This document shows positions 20,540-29,201 of a stretch of 64,000 bases of DNA, piece by piece. Both the position numbers and the translations under genes were made by a program. The notes under the pieces were generated by a model. The model was given only the letters and a program-made list of their open reading frames with translations, had not been told where the DNA came from and searched no databases. This stretch comes from Candidatus Azotimanducaceae bacterium (GTDB lineage Bacteria; Pseudomonadota; Gammaproteobacteria; Pseudomonadales; Azotimanducaceae): NCBI GenBank assembly GCA_965243095.1, contig OZ251530.1, positions 1,480,415-1,544,414 of the forward strand. Direction: 5' to 3'. Positions within the stretch are counted from its first letter, which is position 1; the number at the start of each line of letters is the position of its first letter.

Positions 20540-22093
20540 TCACACGATGCGGCTGCCCGTCTTGCCCCAGTACTCGTCCTTGAGCAGCCGCTTGTAGAGT
20601 TTGCCGGTGGGCAGGCGCGGCAGTTCGGCGCGGAAGTCCACGCTCTTCGGGCATTTGTAGTGGGCGATGCGCTCGCGGGCGTAGGCGATGATCTCGGCCT
20701 CCAGCGCGGCATCGGCGTGGACGCCTTCGGCGGGCTGCACCACCGCCTTCACTTCCTCGCCCATCTCGTCGTTGGGCACGCCGATGACGGCCACGTCCGC
20801 GACTTTCGGATGCAGCGCCAAGGCGTCCTCGATCTCCTGCGGATAGATGTTCACGCCGCCGGAAATGATCATGAACGTGGCGCGGTCGGTGAGGTAGAGA
20901 TAGCCGTCGTCATCCAGATAGCCGACATCGCCCAAAGCGGTCCAGTTCGGGTGCGCCGGATGCTGCACGTCCTTGGTTTTCTCCGGGTCTTTCAAATACG
21001 CGAACGGCATGGCGGGCAACTCGAAATACACGATGCCCGGTTCGCCGTTCGGCAGCGCGGCGCCGCTCTCGTCGCAGATATGCAGCGTGCCGAGGATGGC
21101 CTTGCCCACCGTGCCCGGGTGTGCGAGCCACTCCTCCGGCCCGCAATGCGTGAAGCCGTTCATCTCCGTGCCGCCGTAGTACTCGTACAGGATCGGCCCC
21201 CACCAGTCGAACATGCGCCGCTTCACCTCCGGCGGGCAGGGCGCGGCGGCGTGAATAGCCACCTTGTGCGAGGAAAGATCGAAGCCCTCGCGTTCGCTCG
21301 CCGGCAGCTTCAGCATGCGCGTGAACATGGTGGGCACCCACTGGCTGTGCGTCACGCGGTGGTCTTCGATGGCTTGCAGCGCATGCGCGGGATCGAAGCG
21401 GCGCAGCATCACCACGGTGCCGCCGAGGGCTTGCACGGCTTGGCTGAAACCGATCGGCGCCGAGTGGTAGAGCGGCGCCGGCGAGAGATACACCGTGTCC
21501 TCGCCGAATCCCCACAGCGTACGCTGCAAGCCGGCCACCGGGCTCGCCTCGCTGTCGATGGAGGTCTCCGGCAGCGGGCGCACGATCCCCTTCGGCCGGC
21601 CGGTGGTGCCGGAACTGTAGAGCATGAACGCGCCAGCGGGCTGCTCGGCAAGCGGCTCGGCGGGATGGGCGGCGAGGGCGTCGTCCAAGTCCGCGTAGAC
21701 GCCTTCGGCGCCGTCCGCCATCAACCAAACGCGGCAACCGGGCGCGAACGCCGGAATGTCCGCCGCAGTGGCCGTCAACGCCTTGGAAGCGATCAACGCC
21801 TGGGACTCCGAGTTGTCCAAGATGTAGCCGGCTTCCTCGGCCGTGAGGTAGCGGTTCACCGTGGTCAGGTAAAGGCCGGAGCGCAACGCCGCCCACACCA
21901 CATCGAAGTAGGCGAGGTTGTTCTCCATGAAGATGGAGACGTGATCGCCCCGCCGCAGCCCGGCGTCCCACAACAGTTGCGCGAGCCGGTTGGAGCGGTC
22001 GTTCAACTCGCCATAGCTCCGCACCGCGCCGGTGGCGGCGTCCACCGCCGCCGGCTTGTCGGGGAATACGGTTGCCCAATGTCCCGGGTACAT
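20540..22093 (-). CDS. acyl-CoA synthetase / AMP-dependent ligase
   Basis: AMP-binding motifs MLYSSGTTGRPKG, YYGGTE, GDVGYLDDDGYLYLTDR and PTGKLYKRLL. The ATG at 22093 (MYPGHWATVFPDKPA) is the proposed start. Confidence 0.9.
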   Translation of the reverse strand: MYPGHWATVFPDKPAAVDAATGAVRSYGELNDRSNRLAQLLWDAGLRRGDHVSIFMENNLAYFDVVWAALRSGLYLTTVNRYLTAEEAGYILDNSESQALIASKALTATAADIPAFAPGCRVWLMADGAEGVYADLDDALAAHPAEPLAEQPAGAFMLYSSGTTGRPKGIVRPLPETSIDSEASPVAGLQRTLWGFGEDTVYLSPAPLYHSAPIGFSQAVQALGGTVVMLRRFDPAHALQAIEDHRVTHSQWVPTMFTRMLKLPASEREGFDLSSHKVAIHAAAPCPPEVKRRMFDWWGPILYEYYGGTEMNGFTHCGPEEWLAHPGTVGKAILGTLHICDESGAALPNGEPGIVYFELPAMPFAYLKDPEKTKDVQHPAHPNWTALGDVGYLDDDGYLYLTDRATFMIISGGVNIYPQEIEDALALHPKVADVAVIGVPNDEMGEEVKAVVQPAEGVHADAALEAEIIAYARERIAHYKCPKSVDFRAELPRLPTGKLYKRLLKDEYWGKTGSRIV

Positions 22094-22296
22094 CGTGTGT
22101 GCAACTCCGTGAAGCGGTGCGCGTGAGGCTAACGAACTCCGCCGCCGATTGCGACACACTTGGCGCACCGTCAGCGGTTGGGGCCAAGCGGAAAAAGCGC
22201 CGCTGGGTCACGCGGCGTGGGTTCGCCGGGGCGGCGTGTATAACCTCCTATGGAGTATGCTCCACCCGTGCAGCCGACCTTGCAGCCATCGCGGGA

Positions 22297-23320
22297 ATGG
22301 CCATTCGACCCATGCGCCAAACACCACGTTCCACCGCTCTGACGACAGGCCAAGTAGTCGAACGCCTGCTGGAGACCGTTGGCGGCCAAATCGTCGCCTG
22401 CAATGTCGTGGCTGGCATCCAGAATCGCCTAGTCGACGCTGCGTGGGCCGCGCAGGTGCTGGCATGGATGGGCACACTCGGTAGCCACGATGACCTTCTC
22501 CGAGCATTAGACGATCTCAGGATGCACCGGCACCCATCAACTGCATCGCCTTCCCACCTGCCCGACGTCAGGCTGCGTGACACCGGCGCTACCGTTCTGT
22601 TCGATGTTGAAGTTTCCCACGTCCTGCCGGCGCGGAATCTGAGGCGGTTGATGTCTGACCACGATAAGCGACGTCTTGCGAGGGAAGGCTTGGCGTTACC
22701 GTGGTCGCAACCGGAGGTTTTTGCGCGCGACGTAGATGGGTGGCAGCGCAAACCCGTCCACGCCCATGGTTCGGATCAATCCCGCAGCCACCCTCGGCCG
22801 ACCACACGACATCGTTTGGTTCACCCGTCGCGCCGCACTCGACGATGCGTTGAACGGTGTGCCACTTGCCGCCCGCGCCCAGCGAACGCGCGACGTGCTG
22901 GGCTTGGTGCATCACCAAGAGGGCGATATACTGGCGGCCATGCACTTCCAACCGCCAACGCTGTCGGCCTGCCCGTCCGCCCGCCCTACGTTTGCGGACG
23001 CCGGCAGCAATGCCCGCTTCAAGGCCTGGCCCGACGACGAGGCTGCTCGCGAGGAGCGCAGTTGGGGGCGCACGGTAGACCTGCACGCTCTCAGTGAGTC
23101 CGCCCCATCAGTGGACGGATGCCCGGAACGCATAGCAAAGTCCATAGACGGCCGTTCGCTCTCCAACGGCACGACCTTCGAGTTCGAACTGCTGGGCGCT
23201 GTTCAAGCGTCCGCCGACCGAGGAAGTGAAGCCGACGCCGCATTCGCTAGGAGGCTATCGGGCGGGCGGACGGTCGCGGAACTCGGCGCCGAGCTGAAGA
23301 CCCTCACAGGAACACACTGA
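22297..23320 (+). pseudogene. unknown protein, apparently frameshifted (gene 1 of a three-gene operon)
   Basis: Protein-like sequence runs in one frame from ATG 22297 (..VVERLLETVGGQIVACNVVAGIQNRLVDAAWAAQVLAWMG..) to about 22740-22800. It then becomes Arg/Pro-rich. The +1 frame opens right after a TAG at 22733 and is protein-like to the TGA at 23320 (..IVWFTRRAALDDALNGVPL..TFEFELLGAV..). Confidence 0.4.
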
Positions 23321-23509
23321 CTAGCGCGGCATGTCCAAACAACCCACGCCATTTGATCCCAACGGAGCTGAAGCCGACGACGTTCGCCTGTGGATGCAAG
23401 CGGGCTTGGAGGGCTACTTCAAGCACAACATGGGACGGTGGGCTTTCCGCCCGCTAGAGCGCTATGTGGACGTGAGGTACGACCTGGCAGAAGACCTGCG
23501 TGCGATCTA

Positions 23510-25033
23510 TCAGGATGTGGAACCCCACGCCCAAGGACGTTGGCGCATCGCGATACGAGATCTGCTAGCCATGCAGGGGCGCGACCTCTCTACCCTATTG
23601 TTGCAGGTTTTCGCCGAACTATGTGGCAAGGGCGGCGAGGTATTCGGACATGGCTTCTTCCGTTTGTCGTCGCGCATGATGGATAGCACGGGTTTTCCGG
23701 CTCGGTTCAGGAAGCGGCCGGCGCGGAGCAGGAAGTCGTTGCGCATCGTCCGCGGTTGGGCGAACGACCAGAGCGGCGAGCGCTTGGCGGTGGTGCGCCG
23801 GGAAGGGGCGCGCGTCGCCATCCGCAGTTCCCGGCCCAGGTTGTGGGCGAGCACGGCGGCGAGGGAGAAGAGGCGGTTGGCGGCCTCCTTGCGGCTCGGC
23901 GCGTAGCCGAGGCCGCACTGCGACTTGAGTTCGGCGAACATCCCCTCCCGGGCGCCGCGGCCCTCGTGGAACAGCGCCACGCTGCGGGCGCGGACGCGCT
24001 TGTTGGTCACGACGGCCTTGAACTCGAAGCCGTGCTCCCGGGGCTCGAACAGGTCGAGTTGGAGAGGCCCCTTGCGGCGGACGGGAACGCGCCGGCGAAG
24101 GATGACCACGCGGCGGCGGCGATCCCAGCCGGCGGGTTTCCAGCGCGGCTCGAAGTACGTCAGGCCGCGCCCGGCGCGGTGCCAGACGCGGCGGTCGTTC
24201 ACCATCGCGCGGAGTTCGGCGAAGCGGGCGAACGGCACCGACACCGAGTATTCGACGCCGCGCCGCTCCAGCTCGCCGAGCAGCGCACCGTCGAAGAACG
24301 CCGCGTCCATGCGCGTCTCCAGGCGGACGCCGGGCAGCGCGGCGGCCAGCCGCGTCGTCTGTTCGCCAATGAAGTCGAAGGCTCCCGTCGAGTCCGCCAC
24401 GTTGCCCGGACGGTGCAGCAGGTCGAGCACCTGGCCGGTCTGCGCCACGGTCGCGAACAGCGGCCAGCAGCTCCGCTCGCCCTTGCGCGCCGGGTTGTAG
24501 CCCACCGCCGTTCCCTCCGCCAGCCGCCGCGTCGCCAGCACCGTGCCGTCGAAATCCACCGTCACCCGCCGCGGCGCCAGTTCGCGCAGCCGCTCCACCG
24601 CCATGTCCCGCGACAGCGACCGCACCCGGTCCGCGTCCCGCGCGCCCACGTCCGACAACGACCGCGACACCGTGGACACGTCCGGCAGCCGCCGCAGCCC
24701 CACCGCCCGGCGCACCGCCTCGTCGTTCCGGTAGCGCGCCATGTCGCGCAGCTGGCGGCAGCCGAGCAGCAGATGCACCACCAGCAGCAGCGCCACCACG
24801 TGCGGCGCGTAGGCGCGCCGTCCCGGCTCGCGGAAGCAGCCGCGCAGCCGCTCCTTCAGCCCGAGGCGCGAGAACAGGCGCTGGAACACCACCAGCCCGG
24901 CGTGCGAGGTGAGGCTCTGGGACTCGAACCGGACCTCCGGCCCGCTTCCGGTTTTGCCGCCGACCTCTTTCCTGATACGATTCACTTCGGCGGTCTCCTT
25001 CGATGCTGTTTTCGATACGCACCATCGTACCAA
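23510..25033 (-). CDS. IS1380-family (DDE, IS4-superfamily-like) transposase
   Basis: The N-terminus FESQSLTSHAGLVVFQRLFSRLGL and the body (VDFDGTVL...GYNPARKGERSCWPLF...LETRMDAAFF..FKAVVTN..FHEGRGAREGMFAELK) are typical of IS1380-type transposases. The track start is a TTG, so the start is uncertain. The ORF has no stop inside the element and ends 83 nt beyond the IR. Confidence 0.85.
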   Translation of the reverse strand: MVRWCVSKTASKETAEVNRIRKEVGGKTGSGPEVRFESQSLTSHAGLVVFQRLFSRLGLKERLRGCFREPGRRAYAPHVVALLLVVHLLLGCRQLRDMARYRNDEAVRRAVGLRRLPDVSTVSRSLSDVGARDADRVRSLSRDMAVERLRELAPRRVTVDFDGTVLATRRLAEGTAVGYNPARKGERSCWPLFATVAQTGQVLDLLHRPGNVADSTGAFDFIGEQTTRLAAALPGVRLETRMDAAFFDGALLGELERRGVEYSVSVPFARFAELRAMVNDRRVWHRAGRGLTYFEPRWKPAGWDRRRRVVILRRRVPVRRKGPLQLDLFEPREHGFEFKAVVTNKRVRARSVALFHEGRGAREGMFAELKSQCGLGYAPSRKEAANRLFSLAAVLAHNLGRELRMATRAPSRRTTAKRSPLWSFAQPRTMRNDFLLRAGRFLNRAGKPVLSIMRDDKRKKPCPNTSPPLPHSSAKTCNNRVERSRPCMASRSRIAMRQRPWAWGSTS

Positions 25034-25223
25034 AGGAGACCGCCATTTTCGTTCCCGGAATCAATGAACAACCGTTTTCGGAATCCCGCCGAGGCGCGCA
25101 AACGCGGCCCCGGACAACCTCACTTCCAGTGGCCTTGACCGGGAACGGCACCGCCGGCGGCGCTCCCTACGCAATCGCCGCGTTTTCTCGAACCTCGAAC
25201 GACTTCAAGCTGCAACAATAGGG
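23593..25223 (-). mobile_element. IS1380-family insertion sequence (1631 bp)
   Basis: Perfect 14-bp terminal inverted repeats: CCCTATTGTTGCAG (23593-23606) and CTGCAACAATAGGG (25210-25223). They are flanked by a 4-bp direct repeat TCTA (23589-23592 and 25224-25227). The element encodes one DDE transposase. Confidence 0.85.
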
Positions 25224-25789
25224 TCTAGGCGGGAAGCAACTCGGATACTCATAGATTTCGCCGCGCTCATTCGCGCCTACGAAGTCCTAGATGTGCTGCC
25301 CGCTTTGGCTTCCAACGACCCGGAATTCCTGCTGGACCAAGTCGTGGGGGCCGCCGTGGCGTTGGCCAACCAGACCGACGCCGCACGAGTCTGCCTGCAA
25401 CGCCTTCACACTTCCCCGTCGTTCTCGGAGGATTACGCTGGCCTTGTCTTGGTGGCCTTGTGCCATGTGGACCCGGACGGGTGGTTGCGCCATGTGGAGA
25501 ATCTCGCCCAAGCCATGAACGTCCTCGCCAGTCGGCTGGATGACGGCTCCACCGCTCTCCGCTCCTTCGCCGGTCGCATACTCGAAGCCATCAGCCTGAG
25601 CCGCCTTGACTGTCCGACCCTGAATCGCCTAGCGCGTTTGGAATCGACTTGGCTGTGGAACGAGTGGCTTGGCAAACCTGACTCCCTGCTACGCTACGAA
25701 GCCGAGCCCGGATCAAGTCCGCGCCTTTCCCTCCGCGCAAACCACGCGCAATCCATCGGTCTAGACGAGCCACTCGCAGCCTACGGTTG

Positions 25790-27139
25790 ATGGCGGCGGC
25801 TATGGTTGACAACCGCACGAAACAGACCTCGCGACGGGAGCTGGAGCGATTCTTCGCCGAGGTAGCCCCTCGGTTGGACACCGCTGCGACGTTGGACGCC
25901 GAGTTGGACCGGCAGCTCGCGCGCCGGTTCAACGTGTTCCGCTACTTGCGAGCGGACGAGGTGGGATTCTCTAGGATGATCGCGGATTTGCTGGATCCCA
26001 ACGGCGACCACGGCCAAGGAACGCTGTTCTTGAAACTCTTGACCGACAAGCTGGATTTCGCAAAGGGAGTGAGTCTGGGCCACGCCGAGGTCAAGACGGA
26101 GCGGAAGATCGATGGTCGTAGCCTCGACATCAGCGTCGATATCGGCAGAGAGCATTGCCTCGCCATCGAGAGCAAGAGCAACTTCGCCGGCGATGGGGAA
26201 AGCCAAGTCGAAGACTATCTCAAGTCGCTTAAGCGCTACCGCAACTCCCTGCTCCTTTACCTTTCCCCCACTGGCGCCGGGCCTACGGAAGCGAGCGTGG
26301 GGCCGCAAACCGTCAAGGAACTTAAGACGAAGACGCCCCGAAACTTCGCCATCATGCCATGCGACTCGCCGAGGGCGCCGTCAGACGATGAGTTCGACGA
26401 ATTGCGTCTGTCGTTCTCCCTCGTCGACTGGTTGGCGGATTGCCGGCGGAACTGCGACGTCGATCGGCTCCACTGGTACCTGCGAGAAGTGGAAACACAC
26501 TGTCGGCAACAATATGGAGGGAATCCGGTGACCGACTCAAAGAAGAGCGCAATCGAAAAGTTCGTCCGCGAAGACAGCAAAAACGTCGCCACAGCACTGG
26601 CTGTCTTTGAGGCTTGGCCGGCGGTGGCGTGGAAGATAAAGGAGGAGTTCTGGGGATTGATTTGGAACAAACTACCCGATGGAATGCTCGGACACGATGA
26701 CTGGTACTGGGAAGGCTATTTCGGGCCGAGACGGTACGAAAGCTATATCTACGCCTACCGCAAATCCTGGAGACCGTATGAAGTGGATGGCGAAAGGACG
26801 TTTACACAAATCCGTTTGGACGCGCAGTTGCCGGATGGTACGGGCTGGATTGTTGGCGTTCGGTCGCCCCATGCCAGCGAGTTGTCCGAAGTTGATCAAA
26901 AGAGGCGAAAGGCGCTCGACAAGGAACTCTGGAAACTCGGCAAGAAGCAAAGCCCACACTGGCCTTGCTTTGACGACCAAAAATACGGGGACTGGGACTC
27001 GCTATCTCCCAAACTGGAAGCAGAGTTGCGCGAGGGCGGTGGCGAAATCAGCACCTACTTTGTCGACAGATTCAAGAGATTCGCCCGCGAGGCGACTCCG
27101 ATAATCGACCGCATCGACGGGCGTCGTCCACGCTCCTAA
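25790..27139 (+). CDS. PD-(D/E)xK nuclease superfamily protein (PDDEXK_4-like) with unknown C-terminal half (gene 3 of three-gene operon)
   Basis: The N-terminal motif FNVFRYLRADEVGFSRMIADLLDPNGDHGQGTLFLKLL is followed by the putative catalytic core LDISVDIG..CLAIESKSNF (D...E.K). The ATG at 25790 overlaps the upstream stop (TGATG). Confidence 0.65.
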   Translation: MAAAMVDNRTKQTSRRELERFFAEVAPRLDTAATLDAELDRQLARRFNVFRYLRADEVGFSRMIADLLDPNGDHGQGTLFLKLLTDKLDFAKGVSLGHAEVKTERKIDGRSLDISVDIGREHCLAIESKSNFAGDGESQVEDYLKSLKRYRNSLLLYLSPTGAGPTEASVGPQTVKELKTKTPRNFAIMPCDSPRAPSDDEFDELRLSFSLVDWLADCRRNCDVDRLHWYLREVETHCRQQYGGNPVTDSKKSAIEKFVREDSKNVATALAVFEAWPAVAWKIKEEFWGLIWNKLPDGMLGHDDWYWEGYFGPRRYESYIYAYRKSWRPYEVDGERTFTQIRLDAQLPDGTGWIVGVRSPHASELSEVDQKRRKALDKELWKLGKKQSPHWPCFDDQKYGDWDSLSPKLEAELREGGGEISTYFVDRFKRFAREATPIIDRIDGRRPRS

Positions 27140-27756
27140 ACCTTTGGCGGTGGTGGCGTCAGCCTGTTCTGACGCTCCAGCTCCCTCGCCACGAACGGGG
27201 CGCATCGCTGGAGGTAGGACAGGGAGACCTCGCCGGCCCAATACGCCTGCGCGTATGCGGCCCGCGCCTCGCAGCAGACGTTGTCGCTCAAGCGCAACTT
27301 GGCGATGGTGTCGACGACACGGCGACGCACGTCGGCGGGCAGGCCGCGGCCGGGCACTACTTGGAACTCGACGAGTTCCAACGCAAACCATCCCTCGCCG
27401 ATCTCGAATGGATCCAAGACATCGGCAACGCCCTTGCGGGCGTTCATCAACAAGCACGCCAAGCGGTAGTTGCTCCACTCGTACACCTGATCCCACGCTT
27501 TGGACTTGGCAACCATGTGGTCGACGCTTGGCGTTCCGACTGCCCGCGGGATGTGCAAGCTCAAGTAGGAGCAGGTGCGGTTGTAGCTGGTCAGCAAGTC
27601 ATTGAGAGCACGACGCCAGTAGGGCTTGAACTGGCGAGATGGAATGGAGTCCTCAGATCCGGTTTCTGCCGCTAGCTGGGCGATCAAGGCCAAGCCCGGC
27701 TGCCGCACCTGCTCGTCGAACTCCGGGGGTTCCTTCGCCGGCGTCACTCGGATCAC
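27136..27756 (-). CDS. ptuB: Septu PtuB-like HNH-family nuclease
   Basis: Degenerate HNH core CSYLSLHI...VDHMVAKSKAW...WSNYRLACLLMNARKG. GTG 27756 overlaps the ptuA stop (GTGA); the alternative start is TTG 27792. It lies immediately downstream of an ABC/AAA_15-type ATPase, as in Septu. Confidence 0.65.
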   Translation of the reverse strand: MIRVTPAKEPPEFDEQVRQPGLALIAQLAAETGSEDSIPSRQFKPYWRRALNDLLTSYNRTCSYLSLHIPRAVGTPSVDHMVAKSKAWDQVYEWSNYRLACLLMNARKGVADVLDPFEIGEGWFALELVEFQVVPGRGLPADVRRRVVDTIAKLRLSDNVCCEARAAYAQAYWAGEVSLSYLQRCAPFVARELERQNRLTPPPPKV

Positions 27757-29045
27757 GGATGTCCTCCACACCGTTCCACGAACGCATTCCAACGAACCCA
27801 GAACGGATCCAGTTCCGGCAGCGTTCGGCGCAGGTCGTCGTCAATCTTCCTCACGGCATCCAATCCGGGTTCAGCTTCACGCAGTAGTTCCCTAGCCTTC
27901 AGGACTGCTTCTTCGGCCTCCAAGCTGCCTCGGTCAGTGGCCAGATCGAAGGCTTCGCTGGTCAGCCAGTGGCCCGCCGTGCCCAGCGGCACATAGGGTC
28001 GTCGCTGTAAACACGCTCGTGGCGGGTCCCCGGCGAGGTCGATGTCGAACCAAGCGTCCTTTTCCGCGTCGAACCACGGCTCGGCGGAGGCAAGCACCAA
28101 GGGCGAGTGCGTGGAGATGAGGTACTGGAAAGCCAAACCGGCGAAAATGGCGCTGCTGGCCTCCTGCAGGGATTTGAGAATCGAGCGTTGCCAACGTGGG
28201 TGCAGGTGGCTCTCCACCTCGTCAAAAAGGACGATCACCTGCCGTGCGGCCGGCCGACCGGTTTGGCTAACGGCCAACTGATGTTCACTGCGCGCCCAAG
28301 TGAGCATGTAGGCGAGCGCCACAGCGCGGCGGACGCCGGCGGAGGCGTGTAGGACCGGAACAGCGCCTGCGTGGTGCGTGGCGATGGAGGGGATGTCGCG
28401 GGCATCGTCAAGGGAGAGTCGCACTAGCGGGCCGGGCGCCAACGTCTCGGCCGGGGTAGGCGCCAGCGCCTGCAAGACGGCCGCCATCGCAGCGGCGCGG
28501 TCGTCGTTGGCATTGATCCACTGCGCCCAGTCGTACAACAAGCCGTTGCACATGGGAACTTGGCGCGTGGCGTTCCGGTTCCAAAGGCCATCCCAAACTT
28601 CGGCCTCGGTGAACACATAAGCCGGTCGGCGTTCCGCGCCTGTGCGCTGTCTCCAGTAGTTCCGTATCGGGTCCCAAACGGAAAACGAGCCGTCGGCGTG
28701 GGCGTAAACGACGATTCCTGGGGCCCACGGGCGGTCCTGATCCCGCAGCCACATGCGTTCATCCTTGGAGTAATCCGCTATACACGGCACACTGGTTTGG
28801 TCGTAGAGAACCTGCAAAAGGATTTTCGCCGCTTGAGTGGCGTCGCGCGGCTGCGCCGGCAAGCCGGAAGTCATTCGCGGATTGACTTCCTGCGGCCAGC
28901 TTTGCGTGAGCGCCCACCAAGCCACATCCAGCAGAAAGCTCTTGCCCAAGCCGTTGTCGCTGGTGATCAAGTTGAACCGCGGTGCCAGCTCCAAGGTCAT
29001 TTCTGGCGCTGGCCCCACGTTCGCCAGTTTCAAGCACTCAAGCAT
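27753..29045 (-). CDS. ptuA: Septu PtuA-like ABC/SMC-type (AAA_15/AAA_21) ATPase
   Basis: Start at ATG 29045 (MLECLKLANVGP). Walker A SDNGLGKSF, Walker B VIVLFDEVESHLHP and H-loop region LISTHSPLVL are present. The upstream 36 codons of the track ORF are Arg-rich. Confidence 0.75.
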   Translation of the reverse strand: MLECLKLANVGPAPEMTLELAPRFNLITSDNGLGKSFLLDVAWWALTQSWPQEVNPRMTSGLPAQPRDATQAAKILLQVLYDQTSVPCIADYSKDERMWLRDQDRPWAPGIVVYAHADGSFSVWDPIRNYWRQRTGAERRPAYVFTEAEVWDGLWNRNATRQVPMCNGLLYDWAQWINANDDRAAAMAAVLQALAPTPAETLAPGPLVRLSLDDARDIPSIATHHAGAVPVLHASAGVRRAVALAYMLTWARSEHQLAVSQTGRPAARQVIVLFDEVESHLHPRWQRSILKSLQEASSAIFAGLAFQYLISTHSPLVLASAEPWFDAEKDAWFDIDLAGDPPRACLQRRPYVPLGTAGHWLTSEAFDLATDRGSLEAEEAVLKARELLREAEPGLDAVRKIDDDLRRTLPELDPFWVRWNAFVERCGGHP

Positions 29046-29201
29046 CAGTCTCTCCGGGGCTCTTTCCGCAGTCGGGAAGCGGCGGTGCCAGCGCCTCGTT
29101 GCCCGCGGACTTCCAACGCCGCAAACCACATCCCACGCACAGTAGCGTAGCACGCGCTCTTTCTTCGGTTCTTCGGCACCAAGCGTGCGCCCGCCACCGG
29201 G

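Larger units (their letters stand above)
23331..25790 (+). pseudogene. unknown helical-repeat-like protein (274 aa when restored), disrupted by IS insertion (gene 2 of three-gene operon)
   Basis: Deleting 23593-25227 (the IS plus one TSD copy) joins ..AMQGRDLS to RREATRILIDFAALIRAYEVLDVLPALASNDPEFLL.. exactly in frame with the 25293..25790 ORF. I checked the codon phase by hand. Confidence 0.75.

Noticed and set aside
25003-25221. 72-aa plus-strand ORF inside the right end of the IS element.
   Set aside because: It lies in the transposase upstream and antisense region with no motifs. IS1380-type elements encode a single transposase.
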